Origin: Octopus vulgaris
Taxonomy: Eukaryota
DNA length: 64,000 nucleotides
NCBI GenBank assembly: GCA_951406725.2
Contig: OX597825.1
Location: 89,218,001-89,282,000 of the forward strand
Reading direction: 5' to 3'
Positions 39,190-51,530 of the stretch are shown in pieces (position 1 is the first letter of the stretch; every line of letters begins with the position of its first letter). A program made the translations under genes and the position numbers. Under the pieces are notes generated by a model. It had not been told where the DNA came from and made no database searches. It saw only the letters and a list, made by a program, of their open reading frames with translations.

Positions 39190-41825
39190 ATTGAACCCTC
39201 CACGCTGCATCTCTTTCTTCATTTTTACCGAGAATCACCTTAACAACTCCCACTTGGAAGCGGAAGGGAAAATGAAGAATCTCACAACTACCCATGCGAA
39301 TTGAGTCGACAGAAGGAAGGGTGGAACTGAAATTTTCCTGCATGATTTCTTTTCAGCAGATGGAAATATGACATTCTCCAATGGATACAGTGAATAAGTG
39401 CTTTAATTAACAGTGCCATTCTAATAACAATTATGATTGGAGATTTTAATCTATCCTGTGTTGATTGGTCTACAAACAGTTTGAAATCAGCCCCCCCCCC
39501 TCAACTGCTGACAAAAAAGCAGAAGCGTTACTTCTCAACTTGATGAATGAGTTTTTTCTTGTCCCAACTTGTCCTTGGACCAACAAGGTATTAGTACATT
39601 TTAGACCTTGTGTTTAGTAAACACACTAACACTATACACAATATTACAGTAGGAAAATCCTTCTTTCAGACCATGACATGGTTCTCTGTAACCTGAGATT
39701 CCACCATCCGAAAGCTAACCCTAGTTACCTTTCTCCAGCCCACGCATTTGCTACCATGGGTTTCTATAATGCCGACTGGAACGCAATCGTAAACGAGCTA
39801 TCACATGTTGACTCATCTTTCACACATGCACACACCTCCTCCAGCATCAAAATATCTTGGCAGATCTTTTTTGACACTGTCAGAGGCATATGTCCTAAAC
39901 ACACCTCACCAAGACTTGTGAAGAAAACTAAGTACAGAATTCCCCAAAATAGAAAAACGATTATCACATTAAAAAAAGAATAAAATTAACTAAAATACAG
40001 ACACACATACATTCGACGGCGGCTATGGCCCTGCTTGTATTAAAAAATATAACCTGCAACAATGCATGAAAACCATCATCAATAACCAAAGAACAGCTGA
40101 GGAGAAATGGGCCGTTGAGAAAATCAAAAACAACCTCCAAAGTGTTCTTCTTTTTGTAAAAAACCACAAGGACACTTCTCCACTGGTCGTCCTGTAAGTG
40201 ATGAAAATGGCACTCTCCAAGATAAAAGCAAAACCACGAGTGAGATACTTCAGAAACAGTACTGCTTTGTTTTCAGCAATCCTGATATGGCCGATCTGGA
40301 CTGTATCAGTGATGTTAATCCTCAACACACAATATCGGACATAATATTTGGTGCCCCTGATGTGTTAGCAGCAATAAACGAAATTAAATACAATTCAGCA
40401 GTAGGCCCTGATAGGTTTCCTGCTTGTCTCCTGAAAGTGTGTCGACACCAACTTGCACCTCCTCTTGCTAATCTGTGGAGAAACTCCGTGGATGGTAACT
40501 ATATTCCTGAAAACTTTGTCTTCGTCTGTTGTGTCCCATTTTACAAGAAAAGGAAACAAGTCCCTTGCAGTGAACTACCGGCGATCTCGCTCACCTCTCA
40601 TATAATCAAGGTATTTGAGAGGGTGGTGAGGTCACAGATAACCCACTTTCATGAAAGCAACAGACTTCTGAACCCCAACCAACATTGTTTCTGTAATCGA
40701 GGGAACTGCCTAACACAGCTCCTGCATCATCTTGATGACATTTTGAGAGCTTTGGGAGAGGGCTCGAATACTGATGTCATACACCTTGATTTCAGCAAGG
40801 CCTTTGACAGGGTGGATCATAAGATGCTCTTGGAAAAACTATCTAACTTTAGTAATTCTGGAAAGTTCTCACAATGGATCAAGTGTTTCTTCACAACGCA
40901 TTATAGCCCAACCAAAGTCAGTAGTGGTGTTCTACAAGGCACTGTGTTGGGCCCACTTCTTTTCATCATGTATATCAATGATATTACTGACATCATCAAG
41001 TACAGTAACATAATAATCTTCGCAGATCATTCCAAGATCCAGAAGGCCATCAATGAAGTGGGAAATTGGACATGGCTTCAGCCAGACCTACTGGCTGTCA
41101 TCCAATCAGCTGAAAACTATAATCTGCTGCTAAACGTGGACAAATGGGAGTTAATCCACTTCGGAAAAGAGGATACCCTGAATCTCCCATACTCCCTGCC
41201 TTCAGGCGAAACTCTTATGGCATCCAACAACATCAGAAACTTGGGAGTAATTTTGGACAACAACATAATCTGAGCCGCTCATATAAACAGGAAAGTTGAC
41301 ATGGCCCGCAGAATGTTTTCCTGGATTCTCAGAACTTTCTCGTCAAGAGATATCCACACCATTATCCTTCCCTTCTCTACTTTTGCCCAACCCCACCTTG
41401 AATAGTGTTGTCCACTGTGGCCTCCCCACATGAAAAAAGTATCATGAAAATTGAAGCACCTCAAAGGTCAATTACAAAGAAGATGGATGGCATGACAGGC
41501 CTTGACTATTGGGATCAACTAGAAAAGCTGAATTTTTATTCTCTTCAACACCACTGTGAGCGCTACATCATCTGCATGATGTGGAAAATATTCCATCAGC
41601 ATTGCCAAAATGATGCTGGCATTGACTTTTAAATACACCCAAGACTCGTTTCCATTGCTAACCGCATAGATCCCATAGAGTTCAAGAGGTCTTTGGATAA
41701 ACTCCTTCAAAAATCCCGGATATATCTCTGTATGCAATAACTCTCTCTTCGAGTGGGCCATGTTATGCAATTCCTGATGTGAGTGATTTTACCAGGTGAC
41801 GCTTTTAAGTTAAACATGGTCTGGT
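39190..41825 (+). mobile_element. Decayed CR1-group LINE ORF2 (second family)
   Basis: IGDFNL, SDHDMV, and ORF 40287-41273 with AVGPD, ISLTSHIIKVFE, LDFSKAFDRVDH, SGVLQGTVLGPLLFIMYINDI, FADH, NLGV. Confidence 0.93.
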
Positions 41826-42039
41826 ATATATGTATGTTGATACACACACACACACACACAGAGTTATGTGTGTGTGTGTATCAACATATATACTTTATTA
41901 CATTGATAGGTTTCGGCCTGTCTGTATATATACACACATAGATAGACAGATAGATAAGAAGATAGATTGATGCATACATACATACCTATATATATATATA
42001 TATATATACAGAGAGAGAGAGAGATTCAAATGCATATGG

Positions 42040-43990
42040 CACTTAAGTTAAGGCACCAGAATTTAGTATGGTATTATCCATACAATTTCAAAGTAAGGTG
42101 ATTAAAATCAAAATAAGCAACAAGGATATCCAGAGGTAATGCAGTACGATCGATTCATGCAACTCCATTTAATTGACCTTTGCAATAATTACATCAATTT
42201 AAAATGCAGACCAGTCTTCAGCTGCAGAAAGACAGAGAGTTTAATTAAATTAGAACAGATGGACATATTAGTATAATTATGCCTAAAATTTACAAGAAGT
42301 TAAGGAGATAGACAAAGAACATGCTGTCTCACTCCAGCATAGCAGTTACTAAGTTATCAGGAAGATATACATTGTTGCAGACTCTGCCTGTCACTGATTT
42401 TTTGTTTGTTTTTATGGGGTCAGTTTTAATTTACTGACTAGTTTATCAAATCCCTTGTATATCTAAGGCTGAGAGAACAAGGGGCAGGGCTGCGGGAACA
42501 GACAAACATCATAGTCGGTATAGTCATAAAAAATCAAGATTTATTAGAAGCAATATCATGAGGTTTGGTAAAGGAAAACTTGAAAAGAGATGTTAGCTGA
42601 CGGAGTGCTTCCACACATTGTTTGAAATGATCTTTAGAAATTACTTGATTTATCTCTTTCTAAAATGGCTCTACCCTCCTGATCTTAGTATTGCCAAGGG
42701 CCTTTATATAAATAACCCTTCTAAGCAAGTACCACTAAGAAACTATAAATATCATGTAGGGAGTAACAATGATAACTTCTTAAACCTATAATATAAACCT
42801 TAGTCTTTAAAAAAAGATTAGTGCAAAATATGAATGTTCCATAACTTAAATATTCCTTTAGCTGATACCAGACATCAGTCTTTTATTGATATTAGCTAAA
42901 TAAGTAAAAATTAGAATTTTTTGTCTAATATATTTTGAATTATACTTTTTCTAGAAATCTTCTCTATTGGTGTTAATAAGCTTCATATACTTTACCATAG
43001 TGTTAGTAATTGAGCTATTTTATTCCTTTTCTATGGTATTCTGCCCTACTTGATTATTTTATTTTATTTCTTTATTATTTTATAATTAGTTGTTATTTAC
43101 TTATGAAATTAATCTAATTTTTTTATCTCTATAAATCCATACTTAGCTTATTTAAAACTATACCGATATATTCAGTACTTATAAGAAAACTGCTTAAATT
43201 ATAATTTTATTAATATATAATTAGCATGTTCCTTTACCTCAATACTCCTTTATTAATACCCGTATATACCAATTAATCAATATTCCCAGATACCATCTAA
43301 TTAGCTAGTATTTAAGTATACAATATATATAAATATTAAACTATTTCTGGATAATTTCTTTTCCTCCCTCTATTGTGGTAAAAGTTTGGTATATACTCAA
43401 AATCCTTCATAAATTCCTATCCTTTTGTTATAATATTTTTCTTAATAATCCTCTGAATAACCCTAAACTTTAACAGTATGCAATATAGCAACACTATATG
43501 ATAAGACTTCCCCTGTTTTATTATCAATAGCCTGCTAGTGGGCAACCCCCTTAATTGTCAGCTAACATCTCTTTTCAAGTTTTCCTTTACCAAACCTCAT
43601 GATATTGCTTCTAATAAATCTTGATTTTTTATGACTATACTGACTATGATGTTTGTCTGCTCCCTCAGCCCTGCCCCTTGTTCTCTCAGCCTTAGATATA
43701 CAAGGGATTTGATAAACTAGTCAATAAATTAAAACTGACCCCATAAACACAAACAAAAAATCAGTGACAGGCAGAGTCTGCAACAATGTATATCTTCCTG
43801 ATAACTTAGTAACTGCTATGCTGGAGTGAGACAGCATGTTCTTTGTCTATCTCCTTAATTTCTTGTAAATTTTAGGCATAATTATACTAATATGTCCATC
43901 TGTTCTAATTTAATTAAACTCTCTGTCTTTCTGCAGCTGAAGACTGGTCTGCATTTTAAATTGATGTAATGATCACATTGTTCAATTAAT
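42040..43990 (-). mobile_element. Penelope-like unit with inverted terminal repeats and a degenerate core
   Basis: Arms 42188-42601 and 43557-43970 are reverse complements (about 6 mismatches by eye). The left arm continues into a hammerhead-like 3' end shared with 1995 and 27425. Flanked by microsatellites. Confidence 0.7.
42140..42226 (-). ncRNA. Hammerhead-like motif with mutated GAAA box
   Basis: tgcag-CTGAAGA-...-GAATCGATCGTA-ctgca: perfect stem I, but GAAA is changed to GAAT. Confidence 0.5.
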
Positions 43991-44502
43991 ATATATATAT
44001 ATATATATATATATGCAGGCAAGAGAAAGAGAGAAAGAAAAATGCTTGATATGTTTTGGAATGTGGGCGTTTCGTTGTGCTTGTAGTTTCTACGTTATAA
44101 TATGCCTTCCTTCAGTTCCCATATTGTCAGGAATACGAAGCACATTAGCGGAAATGTTAGTTTCATTTACGCATGAAATCATCTGCATTTCAAAGGTCGT
44201 ATATGATTATAGAGAGTAGCGTGAATGACAGACAGAGAGGAAAGTTCTATCCATGAACAAGCACGTTGTACAGGCTACTTCCTTTTTCAGTTGTCTTTCT
44301 CCCTCACTCTCATGCACTCTATGTATGCATATGCTTATATATGTGTACGTGTATACCTGTTATATGCATTACGTACGGGTGGAAAGCATTCTCAGCGCTT
44401 GGAGAGATCTCGTCAGACAATAGGTTTCGCACAATATGTCTGTCAAAAGTGGAATGGCAACTTGCTTCCAATTTTTGGTGTCTCTGCATGTTTATATATC
44501 TT

Positions 44503-44738
44503 CTATCTTTTGCTTGTTTCAGCCATTGGACTATGGCCATGCTGTGGCACCACCTTAACGAATTAGTAGTATGCATCGACCCTAGTAATTATTTAGTAGA
44601 ATTTATAGACCCTAGTACTTCACTTTTTAAAACCTTGTACTTAGTCTATTGGTCTCTTTTGCCGAACCAGTAAGTTACGGAGATGTAAACACACGGGCAC
44701 CGGTTGTCTAGTGGTAGGAAGGACAAGCACAAAGACAC

Positions 44739-44805
<67 letters not shown>

Positions 44806-44960
44806 CGTGTGTGTGTGCGTGTGTTGATGTGTACGATGGACTACTTTCAGTTTCCGTCTACCAAATCCACTCACAAGGTTTTGGTCGAGCCGAATTTATA
44901 GCCGAAAACACTTGCCCAAGGTCCCACACAGGCTTGTTACCACACAACCACACCTGCGCC
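44503..44960 (-). mobile_element. Composite tRNA-derived SINE with expanded (TA)n
   Basis: Reverse complement of the 18591 family. Confidence 0.88.
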
Positions 44961-44965
44961 TATGG

Positions 44966-45021
<56 letters not shown>

Positions 45022-45091
45022 GCGCACTTGTGCATAAATATAGAATTTATAGTTATCTTTCCAATTTAATAGCATACTCTCTGTCTAAATA

Positions 45092-45138
45092 CAGTAGTAC
45101 CTCGGTTTTCGAGCAATTCTGATCGCTAATAAATTATC

Positions 45139-45177
<39 letters not shown>

Positions 45178-45222
45178 CGATTTATTCGTGATCAGAGGCG
45201 TTCGTAAACCGAGGTACTACTG
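45092..45222. mobile_element. pogo/Tigger-like MITE
   Basis: TA|CAGTAGTACCTCGGTTT...AAACCGAGGTACTACTG|TA with a central (TA)n. Confidence 0.85.
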
Positions 45223-46948
45223 TATTAAATGAATGTGAGAATGGCAGGAGATAAAGTAAAATTTATTCGTGATCAGCGTTGTTCGAAAACCGATATTCTA
45301 TTGTACATTTATCCAATCAAATTATATATTAAAAGTTTTTGTTTTTTTAGATTCCCAAATTAAACCTAGTATGATAAAGCGAAAAACTGATCAGTGACAG
45401 TACTTATATCATTTATTATTTTAATCAAATTCCATTACTTTTTCTTTGCAAATATCGTAGTTCTTTTTAAAATATCATAATGTATAATACAGCTTACTTC
45501 ATAAGTACATACCCCACTCTCAGAAATATTTAGAATTCTGCACACTCCATTTCCATACTTTTAAAGGTAGCCTAAAGATGTGTGTGTGTGTGTTTTAATA
45601 GTCTGTATGGTTACCTGTAGGTTGATATAAAGTTTTACTTTCAATCCTGTGTATTTTTATCTCTAAATCTATCTCTCCGTTAAACAATCTTCCACAAAAG
45701 TTATGCAATTCAGTGGCGATATAGAAAGAAATGTCAAGGAGCAGGATTTTTACAGGTCATGTAATTTATCAAAACATCGAAGAGCAAAGGTTTCTGGACA
45801 CCATCCATTCATACGATGCTATCTCGGTGCTAGTTTCTCTGAGTGCATAGTAGACAATAACCACATATACTAAATTACTTCACAATTTAGATTTAAAGAA
45901 AAAGAACTCACACACACGCACACATGCGCGCACATACACCCCCACCACACACAAAGCGGGTGTGTATCATATCCAAATATTTAGAAATGTATTTCTATAT
46001 CAGCAAATACCTTTTCGCTATTTGTATACGATCTTCTGATCAGCAGACATGTCAACATTTTTCTCATAAAAGTGCAGACATGTAAACTTAATTTTATACA
46101 CTCAAATTATTACAACAAGAAGCGAGCTATGAAACGGCCGAAATCCTAAGGCTGAATGTGATCTTTTAGTCGAGTTCGATAGAGGAATTTCTGTGATAAC
46201 CATGCAATTCTATGAATCCATAGAAATGTGTGTGTGTGTGTGAGAGCGAGAGAGAGAGAATAAGTGGGACAAACTAAACAAAATATGGAGGGAGACGGAC
46301 CATATGTGAAATATATTGTCATATGTATAATATTTCGTTGATTCTCCGTTTAGCGAAGCATATTCTAAACCTTCTATTACTGACCTCTTCAATAACTTCT
46401 TTCAATGTTTACCTGACGAACCACATTGCATTTTCTCACATTCTGTTTAACATTCATGTCATATACAAGCATTTCTCTGTATCCTAATCCATCGTACAAT
46501 TAAAAAGAGCAGATTTCAAACCACGAAACTGGAACACCTGTTCTAACTTTATATATCAGAGTATTTCATTTCTGTGTGGTTGTAAAGGCCTAGTGTTGTG
46601 ATACATGTAACGCATAGTAAGAGGGGATCTCTTACTAAACAGAATTCCGTCGCTCATTCAATCTCTTGTTAAGCCATGCTTCCTCATTTACATCTTACTG
46701 CAGAGAGAATTTGTGCAACGTCACGTTCTGTATACGCCACAATATATCGCTTTTAGTTCTAATCAAGATAAATGAACGCAATATGTTAATTACATGTTCA
46801 ATAGTCCAGTGGATGATAAAATTATTATTTCAAATGCATGATTTCAGGTTATTGGTTCAAAATCAATGTACTGTATGGCCATCAACTTAAGGCATAACCC
46901 AACTCCCTTGAATCTTTGCACCTACGGTGTATAAGTTTATTATTATTA

Positions 46949-48350
46949 TCAATAATATTAATACGTTAACTTTTTATTCTTGTACGTACCTGTGTTGTGT
47001 CACACTTGAAAGAAGTGGCAAAACGAGAGAGAGAGAGGAGGGCAGAGGAAGTAAGAGAGGGAGTGAGAGATAAAGCGAAAGAGACAGTAATTTCTTTATT
47101 AACCATAAGGTTGAGAAAAAGAGGGGACTATACGAGGACAGACAAAACAAACATTGTGGTCAGGGTATCGAATGAGACGAAACGTATGAATAAACAAACA
47201 ATTAAAATATATACAATTAAATGAGAATGAGTGATTTACAAAAAAAATGAAGCGGAGGACGCGGTCGACCCTCCAAACCACATACTCGCACTGAAGACTT
47301 TGCTTTCTCCTTTTTTATATTCTCGTTTAAACAGGTTCTTTCACTCGCAACATACTTGCTATAGACTTCCATCGTTTACGAAACACACTTTGCTACAGGC
47401 ATTTCTTCTCCAGCCTTATTTTCCGTTTCATGTGGAAAACGAAAAAGTCGATGAGCTCGAGACTGTTGCAATTCCTTCCACTCTCGTCTTCCATACTGCC
47501 TCTTTCGCCATAGCAGCTACAGAGAGAAAACAGGTTCGCTCCTCCCTATCCAGGGAGGTCGGCGGAACGATCTTAATTACAGATTCGCTCGATAGTTGTA
47601 CTCTTCTCGAATGCGACAGAAGGTGTTCGACATAAGCCCAAAGCTAGGTCACCTTGAGGCATTGCACAATCGCGTGTAGGAAAGTTTTACTGTAAAAATT
47701 TGTTTCGCAAATTGTGTTGAAGTCACCTAGCCTAGCAATACTAACGTGTTCGAAGTAGCCGTTTAGGTGTGAAAAAGCCTGCAGCCCACTCAGTATGGAT
47801 TCGGTAATTACAACTACGTCCAAACTATGCGTCCCAAGGTCGTTAAGGAGTTAGCCTTGCTTCCAATACGACCCCAGGACGCGAATATTTAACCAACCGA
47901 GTTTAAACGAGAATGTGAAAAATAAGTCGCATGTTTAAAACTTACTGTTTTAACGGGAGAGAGGGTGTAGTGTCACCCTCCTCTTTGCTGTCTGTGAGTG
48001 TTGTGGTTTGCGAGGTCATTTTTTTCACGAATTGCCTATACAGATGGCTCGAAAAGTTCATCTGTAACAGGCCGACGTCCTCCGCAAAAGATTTTTTTTA
48101 GTTCGAAATAGTCTGCATCGTCAATGGTATAAAACTCGACATTTACAAGAATTATACTATTTAAATCTGTTGCGATATATTTTTTCGCCGATTTCATTAA
48201 ACCAATTTGGTCTCTTAAGAGTTTATTATTTTTGTTTATCGCCGTGAAGGTGTTTCTCTTTTTTTATATTAGGCGATTGTGGAGGGAGGGTGTCTGTGAT
48301 TGTAGATGCGTGGGTGTTTGTAGGTGCGTGTGTGCTTGTGGTAGGTATCT

Positions 48351-48384
<34 letters not shown>

Positions 48385-49065
48385 TTTGGCTACGTATGTG
48401 TTTGCGGCTGTATTTGTGGGTGTGCTTGTCTCTCTCAGGACAATATGTGTTTGTCCCGCCTCCACCATTGCTTCACACCGATGTTGGTACGTTTGCGTCT
48501 CCGTAATTTAGTTGTTCAGCAGAAGAGACTGATAGAATAAGCACAAGACTTACAGGGAATAAGTCCAGGGGTCCATTTCTTCGACTAAAGGACGGTGCTC
48601 TAGCATGGCCACCGTCAAATGACTGAAACAAGTAAAAGAATAAAAGAATGCCAGATGAACGTTCCGTATCACTAAAAAAAGAAGCTCCTTTGAATATGTA
48701 CGATATCTTTTTAAGGTTAAATAGTAATTCCGTTGACGTTTGTGGAACAGATATTTTGGGTGGATTATATAGTCATTAGTGTTACGTTACTTTCTAGAAT
48801 CTGTAACTGTCGCAATATACTTTTCTAGGCTTGAAATTTCTGTGGGGAGGGAGGTGCCAGTTGATTAGATCGACCGCATTACGCAACTGGTACTTAATAT
48901 ATCGACCGCAAAGGACGAAAGGTAAAGTCGACTTCGGCAGAATTTGAACTGAGAACGTAAAGACAGACGGTCATAATATACAAACATTTTTCTTGGAACC
49001 AGTACACTGCTTACAGATAGTTACATTTTTAATGATTTCCGTGAATTTTTTGCGGGTCCATCTAG
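46949..49065 (+). mobile_element. Non-autonomous Helitron, copy 2 (cargo: deleted Tx1, two SINE pieces)
   Basis: A|TCaataatattaata start; ccgtgaa-ttt-tttgcgg hairpin then CTAG|T end; both ends collinear with copy 1. Confidence 0.85.
47090..47930 (-). mobile_element. Internally deleted Tx1/L1-clade LINE
   Basis: LNIRVLG..LDVVVITES (APE start) joined to HAIVQC..LWAYVE..AKEAVWKTR..FRKRW (ORF2 end) and the same 3' UTR as 28060-28292. Confidence 0.78.
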
Positions 49066-49096
49066 TTGTTATTATTACGATCATTATAATTATTAT

Positions 49097-49314
49097 TAAG
49101 ACGGCGAGCTGGCAGAATCGTTAGCACCGCCGGATGAACTGTCTACGGTGTTTTGTCTGCCGTTACATTCAAATTCCGCCAAGGTCGACTTTACCTTTTG
49201 GGGTCAATTAAATAAGTACCAGTTACACACTGGAGTTGATATAATCGACTTAATTCCTTTTTCTCTCCAGTTTGCCCCGTCTATGTTTAGCCCCCGTGGG
49301 CAATAAAGAAATAA
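49097..49314 (+). mobile_element. tRNA-derived SINE
   Basis: aagacggcgagctggcagaatcgttagc...ttcaaattccgccaaggtcgac...aagtaccag...aataaagaaataa. Confidence 0.88.
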
Positions 49315-49504
49315 ATATGTTAATTACTTGTTAAATGGTCCGGTGGATGATAAAATCATTTCAGGTTACAGGTTCAAAACCAATCTATTATGTGACGATA
49401 AACTTAAGGTATGATCCACCACCCTTGCTTTATTATTATTATTACGATCATTATAATTATTAAAACGGTGATCCGGAAAAATCGTTAGCACGCCGGGCGA
49501 AATG

Positions 49505-49882
49505 AGCGGGAAGGTGAATGACAATGACCTTTTTGTGTGCACAGTCTGTGACAGACCATGCCTGTCTTTTGCTGGGTTCAAATCTCATCTGCGAACGCAT
49601 GGAAAACGAACCTCCACCAACTATTCTGCCTTTATGCCTGTGCACACCTTTAAATGCAATGTATGCCAGAAGGCTTGCAAATCCAACGGAGGACTCAAAA
49701 AACATTTTAAGTTCTACAAAGAACAGAACTTTTATGCAGGTATTGGTCAGCCAAATCAGAGGCGCAATCTATGTGGGTGTCTTTTCAGATCATTGTCTGG
49801 TTTAAAAAGCCACATCAGACGTCTTGATGGTTCTATCGTGTAGGTACAGGAGGTGGTCAAACTCTGCATACAGAGTAGACAA

Positions 49883-49887
<5 letters not shown>
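49505..49887 (+). mobile_element. 3' end of an RTE-like LINE encoding C2H2-type zinc fingers
   Basis: CTVCDRPCLSFAGFKSHLRTH, CNVCQKACKSNGGLKKH, CGCLFRSLSGLKSH; short 3' UTR with stem-loop actctg-cata-cagagt then (TA)n. Confidence 0.6.
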
Positions 49888-49919
<32 letters not shown>

Positions 49920-51314
49920 AGTAATGTAAAGATAAATGAATTTTGTTCCCAGTATTTGGAAGTATGAGAATATCCATACACTGCTATTGTCTCTATTAAG
50001 GATGTTGATATAAATTTCCATAAATTAAAACAAAATTTCCATTGTGCATTTTGTAGAATTAGTATAATTTGCCGTTACAATAAACTATTATAAGAAATAA
50101 TCAATAGAACAATCAGTAAAACAATGCTTGCCTCAATTATTATTCTCTTTCCTAAAATAATTGAAGAACAATTATAAAAAGCAATTAACTTTATGTGCAA
50201 TATATTACAAATGTAGTTGGGCGGTGGATTGGCCGATCATTATAGTGGCGGCCACACTGTCTTGCAGCTACCGTCGTTTATGATGTATGTTCGAATAATT
50301 CGGTCAGGTTAACTATGCTTTTCGGCTTTCCTGAAACTATGAAATAAAAAGCTGTCAACTACTGACTCCGATGTCAAGTGTATACTCTCCAATTGTGAGG
50401 TATCCGCTAATCCTGAAATTCGACATTTTAAACACCCCTTGACCGATTCCTTATTGCTCTGGGTTAAATGAATTGTTTTATTTATTTAATGACCTTCAGT
50501 TTTTGTATTCAAATCTTGTTTCGTGCAACCTTACCTTAAATCCTTTCAGAATCAGTGAGGTAATCCGATAGTTACGTATGGGATGGATGTAGCATATGTA
50601 CTTTTGATGCTGAAACCATCAATAGAATATTTGACAATATTGTTACCAAACGGAAACCTCTGTCTATAAGATTTTACATGTCAATTATCAAGAGTCGTTC
50701 ATCACATCTTTAATAGATTAGAGAGTTAAAGAAACTATTTTTGTAACTGGAAAATCTTCGAGAACTTTCAACCTAAAATTGACAGCTATTCAATTCAGTG
50801 AAACATCTACCACTTTACTTCAGTTTATATTAAGATATTTAACATGTACGTTTTTATTATTATTTTGCAATTTACTTATTCATCGGTATATTATTGTTAT
50901 TTTGCTTTATGTAATTTTCTAGATGGTGCAATTTAATTGTTCATTTTCAATTGTTAAAAGGTGTTTTTTTTCTAATTTATATATACATATATTTTGAGAC
51001 ATTTGATTTAGTATTTCTAAATTGAATTTTTCACTGTAAGTTAGGAATTATATTCCCTCAAATAATTATTATATATGCACATATATATTCATTTAACCAC
51101 GATGGCTTAATTTAGACTACATGAAAACTACGCGTAAAATCAAGACAAAATCTGAATTATTGATTCATAATAATCATAATTAATTTTCTTTAAGAAACAT
51201 AGTAACTATGCGCTTTATCTGCCCTTGAATTTAGTCCAGTATGTTTGACAGATTGAAACTATCGTAGGGGACAGAATATGGGCAATCCAATATATATATA
51301 TAATATATATATCG

Positions 51315-51530
51315 TTAATCGAAACATGAAAACACAAAGAGAAAACACAACAACGCGAGAACGTGGAACAAGTATAGTGTTATTGGATGATCCCGAAAGG
51401 AAAGAAAGAGGGAAGATTTAACGTTTCGAGCGGAACTCTTCGTCAGAATCATAGAAAAAGGAAAGGTCCAAGGAAGGGAAGATGGAAGAAATAAAATCGC
51501 CAACGGTACACACGCGGTCACATTTTGATG
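51315..51530 (-). mobile_element. Penelope-like terminal repeat (family B) containing a minimal hammerhead
   Basis: Pyrimidine-rich unit between microsatellites, containing CTGACGA...GAAACGTTA. Confidence 0.6.
51415..51450 (-). ncRNA. Minimal type I hammerhead ribozyme motif
   Basis: GATT-CTGACGA-a-GAG-ttccg-CTC-GAAA-CGTTA-AATC: stem I GATT/AATC, stem II GAG/CTC, palindromic AACGTT in place of stem III. Confidence 0.7.
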
